64,000 bases of DNA, taken from NCBI GenBank assembly GCA_951406725.2, contig OX597815.1:124062001-124126000 (forward strand). Direction: 5' to 3'. The notes beneath the pieces are model-generated. The model saw nothing but the letters and a program-made list of their open reading frames with translations. It did not search any database and was not told the DNA's origin. Shown one piece after another: positions 23,904 to 36,299 of this stretch. The translations under genes and the position numbers were made by a program. The stretch is from Octopus vulgaris. Lineage: Eukaryota. The first letter of the stretch is position 1. Every line of letters starts with the position of its first letter.

Positions 23904-24132
23904 AATTAATTAATTTTACCCTCATTATAATTGATAATATAATTCACTCCTTGATAGTAAACTGCAGTTTCTGCGGAATTACTCGTGGTACACATGGGTG
24001 ATTGGGGAAGAATGCGAGATCTCACTCGTCTGTTTGCATTCGGAAGTACTGGTTTTTGGATATAAGCTGTTCGATGTCGCTTGGTCGAATACGTATATTA
24101 ATTATCAGTGGTCTCAAATTTAAAATTGAAAT

Positions 24133-24216
24133 ACTATACTGACGACGGGAATAAGTGAGTAGAAATATGACTTTACATCTATTTACATCTCTTTAACCCA
24201 GAAACGCGTCTATAGT
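24133..24216 (+). ncRNA. Type I hammerhead ribozyme in a PLE-like relic (~23900-24385)
   Basis: ACTATA-CTGACGA-(C)GGG...CCC(A)-GAAA-CGC-GTC-TATAGT: 6-bp stem I, palindromic ACGCGT stem III, GUC site. Confidence 0.8.
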
Positions 24217-25644
24217 TAATCAAAGTCGGATAGATTCGTTATTTTTTCTCTTTACCTGAGTGAGTTGAGAGTATTACTGTCTGGGAGATATCTTATGGTA
24301 GTGGGGTAGTATTTAACTGCTATTTCTAAATTTCGGTATGTGGTGAAGCAATTTTTGCTGAACCCTTATTATAATTATATATATATCCTTTAACTTCGTT
24401 TATGGGAAACGCTTTTGAGTGTGCTCGTAAAAAGCCCCTATGCTATTTTTTCCGGCTATGTATTTCTCATTCTCATCTTCCAGAATAATTTTATAGGATG
24501 GTTATTAGTCTGGTGCAGTTATAGCGTAGTATAAATATAGTAATAACGAAAACTTTTGAATGAAATTCATCAATACTTTACTGCATTGTTACGTACGTTT
24601 CCACAAAGCACATGATTTGCAATATCCATAGATTTTAAGGGGAGTCATTATTACATATGTTCGCTTCTTCAGGCAAAAATTGCATTTGTGTTCTGGCTTT
24701 ATTGACTGTTTAGCTAAGGGATATTTACCAATTTACACTAATCAGAAAGTTCTGTGAGGTGTATGGCCGGTTCCTTCTCACACAGGTTTTTATGTTGAGA
24801 GAGATGGGTGGGCAAGCCAAATGATTTTCCGGTGGGGCTTCCTTTTGTGGTGACTAGGGCCCGGCATATAGGAGATACGGTCCTTAAACCCACTGGACGC
24901 CAGAGCTTCGTTGTAATAGGGGGCTGCGGTGTCGAAAATTGTATGTTTGCATAGCAAAACGAGCAAGGATCCTTCAAGACTCTCTTAACAGCCCTTTTAA
25001 ACTCCAGTAATGAGATCTATAGCTCTTGTCCGTATTTTAAACGCTACCTGCTGCAGGCGTGGGATTCCCTGTTTGTTGATTAGGACTATAAAACATAATT
25101 GCGGACTGGAACCAACCTAAGGACAGGGATGCCCAGTTCGTCGATTAGGACCATAAAAGTTTACTGACCGGGCCGATATAAGGGTGATAACCCACCCCAT
25201 TTCAGGCCCATACAAAATTTTTTCTTGTTTTCAAATTAACTGACCGTAATGGTTTTCTATCTCGTTTGAAAAGAGGTTATATGTCCGTGGCCATTGGGGT
25301 CAGACAAGTCGTCTATAAGAGACGAATCAACAACATATTTTGCATCATTTTTTAGATGAATTTAAAGTTTTACAGAATTCCCTTGAGACTAGGTTGTTAT
25401 TATTTAGCCCTAGGACAATTCTGACTAAGTAGTCATAAGATCAAAAACATTTTAGTCCCATGACCATTTCGTTTTCGTATTGTCTAATATTTCCGTTAAG
25501 ACTGTAAAGGTGTAGTGGTGGGGAGATTTGGCTGATATTTCTAGCAGGATGAGCAATAATATAGAGTTTGCCAGTATTAATATTTAGTATTTCTGATATC
25601 TAGTTGAACTAAACGTCTAAATTTAAAAGGTATTGTGCTGGGAA

Positions 25645-26034
25645 AAATAACGGCACATTATTAACCATCTTACTAACAATAACTCTGAGCAACTTTTCAA
25701 ACTCCACCTGTCTAACACCCGTGGACATGTTTCCAAGGTCAGAAAACAGCACAGCTCCCATGACTTTCGTAAACATTTTTTCACGCTAAGAGTTGCTGAA
25801 GTATGGAACAAACTGCCGGCATCAGTTGTTAGTTGTTAGAGCGCTGCATCCTTCAAAACTTCCATGCTTCTTGAGATTCGCTAACACTACACCTGATTTT
25901 CTCCCCTCCATACACACGCAAGCATGTATCTGACTCATACACTGTTCACTTTCCAGACATTTGTACATTACTGCATATGCTTTAATTGCACTTTTGACAA
26001 GTTGTGGTGCACCTGAACACTGTATACAATAATT

Positions 26035-26079
<45 letters not shown>
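25645..26079 (+). mobile_element. CR1-like LINE 3' end with (ATT)n tail
   Basis: Translation SNTRGH..KVRKQH....RKHFFTLRVAEVWNKLPASVV....ASFK, followed by a 3' UTR and (ATT)n. Confidence 0.8.
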
Positions 26080-26080
<1 letters not shown>

Positions 26081-26554
26081 TTTTTTTTTTCTTCTTTCAA
26101 ATTTGCTTCCATTTCTTGCCGAGTGTCTTCCCGACTCCTAGGGCAAAGAAACTCATAGTATATATTGGTAGGCCATTAAACCAAACTCAGTAGTTCGTTC
26201 ATTTTTTTTTTTTTTTAAGTTAAATTAAAATACATGAGCAGCAACAGTTCTCACATCGACAATGCTCTTCTCAATACGTGTGATGTACCAGTTAAGACAA
26301 TCTTTTGCACTTCTTGCAGGGATGGTAAGCCAGGGATCATTGTCATATAATTTTCGGTTCCCTTCTTGATCATTCCTAGTGCTCCTACGATCACTGGTAT
26401 TGTAACCGCCTTGAGATGCCACATTTTCTCAATTTCAATGAGTAGGTCTTTATATTTTCTGAGCTTGTCAAACTCTTTCGCTGAGATATTATGATCACAG
26501 GGGATACTCATGTCGATCAATAAGCAAACTTTATTGTTTTGGTCTTTCACAATT

Positions 26555-26557
<3 letters not shown>
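26080..26557 (-). mobile_element. R4/Dong-like RLE LINE 3' fragment within (TAA)n
   Basis: ORF 26251-26640 gives CLLIDMSIPCD.NI..KE..K..KY.DL..EI.KMW......IPVIVGALG, the RLE C-terminus. (ATT)n tracts flank both sides. Confidence 0.85.
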
Positions 26558-26622
<65 letters not shown>

Positions 26623-27429
26623 GAAGTTCCAAACCCACAAGATAACATAGTAATACCAATAATTTGCTCATACGACAATTGCAATTATAATATAACTACG
26701 CTGCTTGTGAATCAACATTACCAAGATTAAATAAATATGGCTATTCAACAAAGTCGATATCACTGAACATCTCAATATCTACAGTATAATGTCACACAGT
26801 CATCGGAAGTAAAACATCATTACAAACGTCGATACGTCATAAAGGCTTTGGTTTGTAATATTCATAGAAAATTTACTCTGTACTTTTAGGTAGGTATATC
26901 CGACACTGGAAACACGCTGTCGTTACTCTTCTCATACGCCTCATAGAGTTTATGTTGAGAGAAATCTGAAGCCAATTCTAACAGTCTGGATCTCTTATAC
27001 AGCATTGTGAAAATAATTGCAATTTTCAGATCAGTCTTTTAACAATGAGCATTTTTATTCTTGGAACAAAATTTAATAAGCTAATATAATAATGATCTTA
27101 ATTTCCAGAATAAAAGTAACGTTTTCCAACACTGTATAATAACTCTTACAATATGAAACACCTTTTAGTTATGTAAGCCACGTATAAAGCGTCCTAATGT
27201 TAGAAAACGGGCTGAAACAAACTAAATACTTGTTAATAGTCAGATCAATCCCACTACATTGTAAGTCGAAATTCTGACAGCCGACTTAGGTTTTATTGCT
27301 AGACAGTTTGATAAAATATGTATCAATAATGTAAAATTGTCGTTGTAAAAACATTGATACTTTGAAACTTGGCAGATTTCTTGTCTACAATCGATTAACT
27401 AGACATCAGTGTATTATTGTCAAAATAAT

Positions 27430-27900
27430 AATAATTTCTATTAATGACACAAAGCCAGCAATTTTGGGGGAAGGGCTAGTCGATTACTTCGACCTCAGCG
27501 CTTCACAAATACTTCTTTTATCGACTCCCAAATGATGAAAGTTTTAGTCGACCTCAGCAGAATTTGAACTCAGCACGTAAAGACGGGCGAAATGCTGTTT
27601 AGCACAAGACCATCAATTTTGATTGCAGGGGATTAGTCGATGCCATCAAATCAAAGGCTTGATTGGTACTTTATTTTATCGACCTCGAAAGAATGAAATA
27701 TAATGGTTTCTGATTTCGCTGCAAGGTCAACAATTTTGTGAAGAGTGGGGTTACTTGATACCATCAACCTTAGTGCATTACTGGTACTTTCTTTTATCGT
27801 ATTAATGAAAGTTAAAGTTGACCTCAGCGAAATTTGAAATTCGAACAAAAAATGTCAGATCATATACTGCAAAGCATTTTTCTGACGATTCTAACGGAGG
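27430..27900 (-). mobile_element. Cluster of degenerate Meta-domain SINE fragments
   Basis: Repeated GGTACTT..TTTATCGAC...ATGAAAG...GACCTCAGC motifs. Confidence 0.55.
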
Positions 27901-28251
27901 CCATGAGAAAATGAAATAATGCATCAGGCGTGGATCATCTTAGATCAAGGAATCAATATCCGGACTTTAACTAAATTCACTCAGGTCAACTAGGATCACT
28001 GCTTTGTTCAAATTCTAGTGCTTTTTATATTAACTTATACGTGTCATAAGTTAGACAGTTTGTGAGTAGGTCAATAGCACATTAATAAATGCGGTCATCA
28101 CTTCTAGCCCCACTTATCTCCAGCCATCAGGCCCCGCTTTTGACCATATCCTTTTCCTCTTCCTTATCTTTCCTTTACTTCAACTTCCTCCCTACTCTCT
28201 CTCTCTCTCTCAACATACACACATACATACATACATACATACATACATACA

Positions 28252-28283
<32 letters not shown>

Positions 28284-28369
28284 CATACATGCATACTTAC
28301 GTACATACATACATATATACATATATACATACATGCATACCTACGTACATACATACGTATGTATATGTG

Positions 28370-28405
<36 letters not shown>

Positions 28406-28640
28406 TACACATATATATATACATATAGACACAAACATATACTGACATATGTACATATGCATAGATACATATACATATATGTGTGTGTTTAAGTATCTGT
28501 GTATGAATGTATCTATGTAAGTATATATTGAAATTACACATAGTATAAATCTATTTATCTCTGTTCCTGACTCTCACTCTTTTTCTCTCTCTATCCACAC
28601 ACATACATATACACTCTCGCGCGCGCGCACACACACACAC

Positions 28641-28694
<54 letters not shown>

Positions 28695-29168
28695 TAATAG
28701 GTAGACACACTCATCTACATAATCTAGCAATTCGACTGCTTAAAGAGATGTGACTTCTCTTTGTGATTGCGCGGACTTAACTCTGTACATACCTTAGGTA
28801 AGAAACAGTAAATGTTCATGTGTCCTTTACCATTGTTTGCGCATTCACTAAGAACTATTTCCTATTCATTGAAAATAAAATTCGGAATTCTGAGTGATAC
28901 CAAGAAAAATTATTTAGATTACTATAGACATGGCTGTATTGATAAATACAATTATGTACCCCACTTTCGATCCCATCCCACAGCATCTTGCTAGTAAAAT
29001 TTAGTGAAACTCTTCGCAAAAAGCTAGCAGTTACCGTTAAAATGAATGGTATCTTTCCTGCGTTCTTTTAGTAGAATTAGTCACTTGGACGATGATGAGT
29101 ATACTCATCACTAAAAACCACACATACATAAATACATGCATACATACATACATACATACATACATACA

Positions 29169-29202
<34 letters not shown>

Positions 29203-29229
29203 CATAAAACAAAATATACAAATCTGCAC

Positions 29230-29366
29230 ATATATATATATGCATACAAAAATACCCTATTGTTGGTGCGTGGTGATCGAAATTCCAATGAAGATACCTT
29301 GGGTATAGGTTAGAAACCAGCTCTTTCTCTATAGGCAAGAAATCTTGAAATAAAACTGAATAATGA
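29230..29366 (+). mobile_element. Short 3' UTR fragment of the R4-like LINE family
   Basis: CCTTG-N7-GTTAGAAACCAGCT motif shared with the 3' ends of 42550-44313 and 59421-61256. Adjacent to (CATA)n. Confidence 0.5.
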
Positions 29367-29787
29367 CACATACACCCACTCACACATACATTCAAGACAA
29401 GGAATAAATAATTGTCTTTACATATTTCTATATTTCTTTATTGAGGTAAATTTAATTTACAGCTGTTTCCGGTGATCATTAGAGGTTCGTTATTGATAGA
29501 TTTACTCAATCGGAGCATTGAAAGGTTGACAAAAATTGAATGCCCTAGAGAATGCTACATTTGAAGGCTAAATATAATTTTAAATTAAATCGAATTAACT
29601 TTGGTTTTTCGTATACCTCTATTTTATTTTTATTTTTATTCTCACATTTTCACTTCTATCTCTATTTAATATCCACTCTTACCAAATCTTTCTGTACCTT
29701 CCCATCATAATATAGTTACTGCTGATTTTCATTAATTTGTTTCCTCATAAAATTCACTCCGAATGTGATAGTACGAATGACCAAATA

Positions 29788-31770
29788 CACTGTGCAACAC
29801 TCAAAAGAGTACAAGTGATCTGTGGACATTTTTATATGCAAAATGACATGGGAAATCCATTTCTGGCCTTCTTTTTGTTGAATTAGGCATGGTTTCTACA
29901 GAATTGTCACGTATACCCGTTTAGTCATTATTATTAAATAAAATTCTCTACCGCATTGTAAAATGGGTTTCAACCCAGGGGTAGAGGCCAATCTTAGTAA
30001 CACCTACAATGTGATTCAAAGCTTGTGTTTAATGTTATTTTTATCTTTGAGATCTTATTTGTTTTCAACAATGAGTGCAAGACAGTGCAAAAATGATCCA
30101 AACAGATTCTATTATATCTGTGGGGAATTGACTTTTGCTAATGAAAAGCGCAGTATTATGGGCCATATCAAGAAAATATATACTAGGCGTACTTCGATTG
30201 TTACTTAGGAGACCGGGATAAGTCATGGGCACCTCGTGTGTGTTGCCTTACAGAAAATTTACCTGTGCCCAAACCTCCAGATCAAGAAATGCAGAGTTCC
30301 AGCAGTGCTGATGAACATTCCAGTGGTGAATATGTGGAGCCCAATGATCCAAAAAGCGAGAATAAACCTATACCATTTTCTCAAGAGGCTCTAAATGACT
30401 TGTGCAGGGATCTCTATTTAACCAAAGAGAAAAGTGAGTTTCTGGCATCAAGACTTCAAGAACGTAATCTTCTTGAGAAATGAGTGAAGATAACTGTACA
30501 AAAAACGTATTGTGAATCTGCTTGCATTATTCACCATGAAGGATGACTTATGCTTTTGTAATGACATCACAGAACTTTTTGAGCGACTGGAAATACCATG
30601 ATAAAACCAACTGGCGACTTTTCATAGATGCATCCAAGGACAGCATCAAAACTGTTCTGCTACGTAATGGTAACACTCTGCCTTCTGTTCCTATAGCTTA
30701 TAGCACAACCATGAAAGAATCATATGAAAATCTGAAAGCAATTCTAAAAGTATACAAGTATGATGACCATACCTGGTATGTTTGTGCAGATTTTAAGGTT
30801 GTGGCCATGCTTACTGGCCTTCAGCTTGGCTATATTAAAGTTTGCTGCTTCCTGTACTTATGGAATTCCAGAGCAAGAGCTGAACATTATGTATGCAAGG
30901 ATTGGTTGATCTGAGATGAAATTGAGCGAGGAAAACACATCATGCACAAACCACTTGTGAAAAGTGATATAATTTTTTTACCTTTGCATATTAAACTTGG
31001 TTTGTTTAAGCAATTTGTGAAAGCCTTGGACAAGGAATCCTCGCATTTGCATATCTTGCAGAAAAGTTCCTTTCCCTGAGTCAAGCTACAATTAAAGAAG
31101 GTTTCTTCATAGGTTCCCAAATTCGAAAAATTGTACTTGATGAAACCTTCATCACACATCTCAAGAGAAAAGAGCCGCTTGCCTTTGAGTCATTCAAGAA
31201 AGTTTGCGATAGTTTCCTGGGCAACCATCGTTCAGAAGACTATGTGCAAGTTGTGAATGATCTACTGAGTCATTATCATGATATGGGATGTAACATGTCT
31301 CTAAAAGTTCATGTGCTTCACTCTCATTTGGATTTTTTGCGGAAAATCTTGGTGATGTAAGTGATGAACATGGCGAAAGATTCCATCAGGATATTTCAGA
31401 GATGGAGCAACGATTCAATGAAAAATAGAACCCTGGCATGTTGACAGACTACTGCTGGAGTATAAAGAAAGATCACACTCCGCACAAGAGGCTTAGAAGG
31501 ACAAAAGTTGTTTAAACTGACAGGTGCGTTTTTAATTCATAACCAATATATGTTTTGTTATACCAACTAATTTTTTTTTTGTGTAACTTTCAGTATGTGC
31601 AATGTTGTGTTCAATACGCAATATTATGCAATATATTATAAAAAATATGGTCCATGGTACAGGAAAACGGTGCCTAATCTGGAGAAATCAGAATCAGCAC
31701 AATCTTTTGAACCAGAAACAAGTCTTACTTAACTTGTATTTTTTTTTAACCTGAAATTTGTTGCACAGTG
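29788..31770 (+). mobile_element. Chapaev3-like (CMC superfamily) DNA transposon
   Basis: 12-bp TIR CACTGTGCAACA/TGTTGCACAGTG, 3-bp TSD ATA on both sides, and an internal disrupted transposase. Confidence 0.85.
30071..31515 (+). pseudogene. Chapaev3-like transposase, disrupted
   Basis: Motifs CKNDPNRFYYICG, DKSWAP.VCC, LNDLCRDL.LTKEKSE.LASRL, WRLFIDAS, HIKLGLFKQFVKAL, HSHLD, SDEHGERFHQDI and DYCW, with stops and frameshifts. Confidence 0.85.
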
Positions 31771-32122
31771 ATATTAAAGATTTAAGATAACCATCAGAGT
31801 AAGTGGCCTATATCAAGTTTCAACACAATATCTGGATAATTCTCTCAGTCGTTCAATTATTTTAAGCGTTCAATCAGCCGATTTAGTAAACTTACCAATA
31901 GCAAACCTATAACGACTATTGGAAACAGCTATAAGTCAAATTTACTTCAATAAAGGATTATGTAATGACCTTTATTTATGCCTTGTCTTGTATATCACTC
32001 TTAGCCTGGTGTTCTAACAGAGAGTTTACAAAGTATTTTGTCCGCATTGATAATCCTTCAGTAATAACACACACGCACTCTCTCCTCCTCTCTCTCTGTA
32101 TGTGTGTGCTTGTATGTATGTA

Positions 32123-32182
<60 letters not shown>

Positions 32183-32410
32183 GTATAAGTTAGAGGTGTT
32201 TAAACCCTCTAAGGGATAGGTGTATCCAAAGGCACTCCTGGTAATTACCTCAGTAAGTATGGTCCTTGATATGAGATATACGGCAGCAGGTAATTAAAAA
32301 GGTAAACGGTAGTTTAATGTATATATATGCGATAAGAAAATGGAGGAAAAACAACGAGAAGATGTCTTTGGTGTTAAAAAGCCATTACTTAATTAGCTAA
32401 GCAAGAGTGA

Positions 32411-32487
32411 GTTTACAGCTATTTCTGTGTACCATGCTGAGGTAAACATGTATTTACCTCGTTGCAAATGGTAGACATCATCAGAAC
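32411..32487 (-). ncRNA. Type I hammerhead ribozyme (weak stem I) in a PLE-like relic
   Basis: Minus strand reads GTT-CTGATGA-TGTCTACCAT...GAGGTAAA TACATG TTTACCTC...ATGGTACACA-GAAA-TAGCT-GTA-AAC. Confidence 0.7.
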
Positions 32488-33154
32488 GAAGAAGGCAGAG
32501 ATAGACAAAGAGGAGAATAGAGCGAAAGATAGAGGGAGAAACCGGAAAAGAAAATGTTCAATGATTCGAAAGTCTTACATTTTAGTTAGGTTCAAAGTTC
32601 ATTAAACCCATTGTGAGGTAGAGGAAGAATAGAAGTTGGCTGAATCTAAGGTCTCGTAGTTATTATCATGACTTCCACGTGTCTGCCTGTTCGGCTTGTT
32701 GACCGCCGGTGTTATCTGAGGGAGTTATCCTTAATTAGGGATATCTGGTGTGGTTATTAGGACCTATGAGCCACTAAATTGTAGGTTGTAGGTAGTTCGT
32801 ATATTTACAAAAGAAGCCGTAAATAAGGGTAAAATTTATATCTAGCATCAGTACGATTTAGCGTGTAAATAGACAAAATATCGGAATACAAATATAATAT
32901 CTACAAAAATGGGTTTAGAAAAGATATCTCATTATAGGAGTGGAGCCACGCATCTGTTGCTTGCTCTCCTATCTATTGCACCAAAAGGATTCGTAAAATA
33001 GCACCTATTAATATTTCGTAGATAAGTTGTCAATATTGATTCTTCTCATATCACGTAAGTACCGCCGACAATTTAGCCGGTAATTAACTCTCTGTAATAG
33101 GGTAATCCCAACAAGAGTCTAGCAGTTCATTAAGAAATTCTTTTGAGCCTAGAA

Positions 33155-33440
33155 CTTAGAGCAAGCGTTTTTGCACCACGGGCCAGTTCCATGTAATGAT
33201 AATTTTCCCACAGACCGAGGGATCACGCACGTAACAAATCACAGTAAAGTGCATAATATGTAATTAAAATATTACAAATATAATATTAAATGTTACATGT
33301 ATGATACATATGCAATGCAGAAACTGCCTGTTGATGGATATAGTTAATAAAATAGAAAAAAAAAGAAAATTATTCTTTCTGTGCAGCCGGTACCAAATGA
33401 GTCACGGCCTGTTCTGGTCCACGACTCGTTGGTCAGTTAC
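33155..33440. mobile_element. Degenerate hAT (Charlie-like) MITE
   Basis: TTTTTGCACCACGGGCCAGTTCCATG..GATAATTTTCCCACAGAC and GCAGCCGGTACCAAATGAGTCACGG resemble Charlie-type MITE subtermini. The TIRs are eroded. Confidence 0.4.
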
Positions 33441-33938
33441 GCCTTACGTAGGGCTTCATCTGAATCTCTACATTAATCAGCTATAACGAAAACAGTTCAA
33501 ATTTATTTAGTCGCTGTGGAGTATTCAACGGCACACATGCCCATTATTTGACAGCAACTCTGAATTAGAAAGAGAGATACTTTCAAGAAATTAAGAATTT
33601 TTAGATTAATCCTCAAGCAAAAATTAAAAGACAATTTGATTGGAATAATTATGAACACGTGTTCTTCCCTCAACAAGCATCATCACCATAGCATTGTGCT
33701 CGCCTTCGAACCAGATTTGGGCATTTGATATAGGCTTGTGTCATAGCGCCTTTATATTTCTTTTAAGAAGTTCGTGAGCATTTTTGAGTATAATACCTGA
33801 ATTAAGTGGACGAAATTATGCCCCCCACACACACACATACATACACATAAAGGAAGGAGATAGATTTAGAAGTTCAGACAAAATAAATAGAACAAAAAAC
33901 ATAAGTACAGATATATTTAATATTTTTAATCGAAAGAG

Positions 33939-34097
33939 AGGCGTAAGGAATGCATAAGATGTTACATATATTCACAGGATGTAAATAGACTCATACAGCG
34001 GTTTCAATTATTCTCTAAATATTTGAAACAGCTGTAAAGACTTATATACATACTGTAAATATATATGTACCACCTTATAAATGCATCTCTTACACCT
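33939..34097. repeat. Imperfect palindrome containing a hammerhead 3' half (GAAACAGCTGTA); PLE-like relic
   Basis: Arms 33939-34007 and 34023-34097 are diverged reverse complements. Confidence 0.55.
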
Positions 34098-35131
34098 ATA
34101 ATTGTTTCCTCTTCTTTTCTCTTTGATATCCGCTCGAACTTTATTTTTTAATTCTAGCCAACTCACCTGTCTCTGGAGTACTTTATCCTATTTAAAGAAG
34201 TTGCAGTCAAACAATTCGATAAAAAAAAAGACATCGGTCTTTCACAATAAGTTCGATTTCATCGACCACAAGTCACACTATAAAAAGCTGTCCTTGTTCA
34301 GGTGGATAGCGTTAAGTACGTTAGCTCCATTGATATTTCAAACACTAATTCCTTTTGTGAATGTGCGCGCTTGTAGGCGTGAACAACCCGTGTGAGAGAG
34401 TGTGTGTCCGTGCGCGCGTATGTGTGTATGCGTGTATGCCTCTGTGTGTGTGTGTACGTGTGTGTATGTGTGTGCGTGTGTGTATGTGTGTGTATGTGTA
34501 AGAAAGAGAGAGAGAGACGAAAAGAAAGAGATAGTGCGTGTTTCTGTTAGTGGGTACGTTTGGTACGTTTCTGTTAGAGGGTACGTATATAATGTTTGTG
34601 TGTGTGCATGCGTATGTGTATGAGCACGTGTGCGCGTGCATGTGTGTGTACGTGTGTGCACGTGTGTTGTGCGTGGATATGTGTGTTTGTTTGTGTGCAT
34701 GTGTGTTTGTGTGTGCATGTATATGCGCTCCAATTCGTTATGTTTTGGTAGTGTTAGCAGTCCTGTCCCAGATTTTGGGCGTCGACGCTTCCTTATCACT
34801 TTTGACTTGCTCCTGGAGTGGGTGGATGTGGCGGCGGTTGTCGAAGGATGGCAGATAGATACGTTTTACTCATTTTACACCTTTTCTTTATACTAATTCC
34901 ATCCCATACAAAACCTGGTTTTTCAATACTGATTCACCTTGTGTAGAGTATATTTACCCTGAACGCTGTTTCTCTCAGTCATTTGAAGGGAGGCACCGAT
35001 GTATAAAAAGAAAGGCAACAAGAACCAATGATAATGTATGCTAAGACAAAGTAAAATAACACACGCACACACGCGTGCGCACGCATACACGCACGCTCTT
35101 TCTCTCTCACACACATATACGCACACACACG

Positions 35132-35168
<37 letters not shown>

Positions 35169-35388
35169 ACACACACACACACACACTCAAACTACCAACG
35201 AAATGTAAATGTAGAAACACTGCTGAATGACGTGGCAACAACAAACTGCACATTTTACTATGATGTTTATATAAATTGAGATAAAGGACCGTTGTTTGAG
35301 GAACACAGTTCAAACAGTACTAGAAGATATACTGTATTTCTAGTTGTGACTGTTCTGCACTCTTTTGCATTGCGAGGGCTGCACTTAC

Positions 35389-35447
<59 letters not shown>

Positions 35448-35628
35448 TAAAACTGCATAAACACAATGATTCATATACACACGATTGGCGTAATGGCTAC
35501 CATATTTGTCTAGCAGTGATAGCTGCATGACTCGGATAAGGAAGTTTGTCATTATTTTTCTCATTTGAATAGTTGCTTTACACATGTCTTTTATTTACAC
35601 TATTTCTTAAGTAAAGTCTAAGTTACAC

Positions 35629-35685
<57 letters not shown>

Positions 35686-35884
35686 TTCGTATGTGTGAGT
35701 GAGTGCATGCGCACACACACGCCAACCCACAAAAACACCCTTCAATAGGCTTCTATACATTACATACATACATACGTACATACATACATAAGTATGCCTA
35801 TTGAAGGGCGTTTGTGTATGTTTGCATATGTGCGCGCACGCACATGAAACTGCGTAACTAAGACTATACGCGCACACACATATA

Positions 35885-36237
35885 CGAGGTCTGATCAATA
35901 AGTGTCCAGATTGGTGCTATAAAAACAAAACAACACGTACCAATTTGGCATTTAATCTCCTTCAAAGTAGCCCCCTTCGGAAGCCATATACTTAATCCAG
36001 CGCTGTTTCTATTGATGGGAGCATTCCTGGAACTCATTTTCTGGTATAATCAGTAGTTGCCTCGTCGCATTCACTTTGATTTCCTCGACATCCTGAAATC
36101 TTCTTCCTTTCAAGCGGGAATTGATTTTTGGAAAGAGGAGAAAGTTGCAAGGGGTGAGATCTGGAGAATACGGTGATTGTCGGATCTGAGGACTGCGGTG
36201 CTTTGCCAAAAGCTGCTGCACTGGCAGCGCTGAATGT
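35885..36237 (-). mobile_element. Mariner transposon 3' fragment
   Basis: Minus-strand QSPYSPDLTPCNFLLFPKI...LKGRRF..VEEIK...EGGYFEGD*. Terminal TA-CGAGGTCTGATCAATAAG. Confidence 0.85.
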
Positions 36238-36299
36238 AGAATAATTCAACAGAGAGGGGTCCAAAGTCTATGAGACAGCTGCTCAATCTGGAGAAGGTA

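Noticed and set aside
29450-29485. Minus-strand GAAACAGCTGTA preceded by CTAATGA
   Set aside because: The core is mutated and there is no credible stem I or II. Only a possible half-ribozyme relic.
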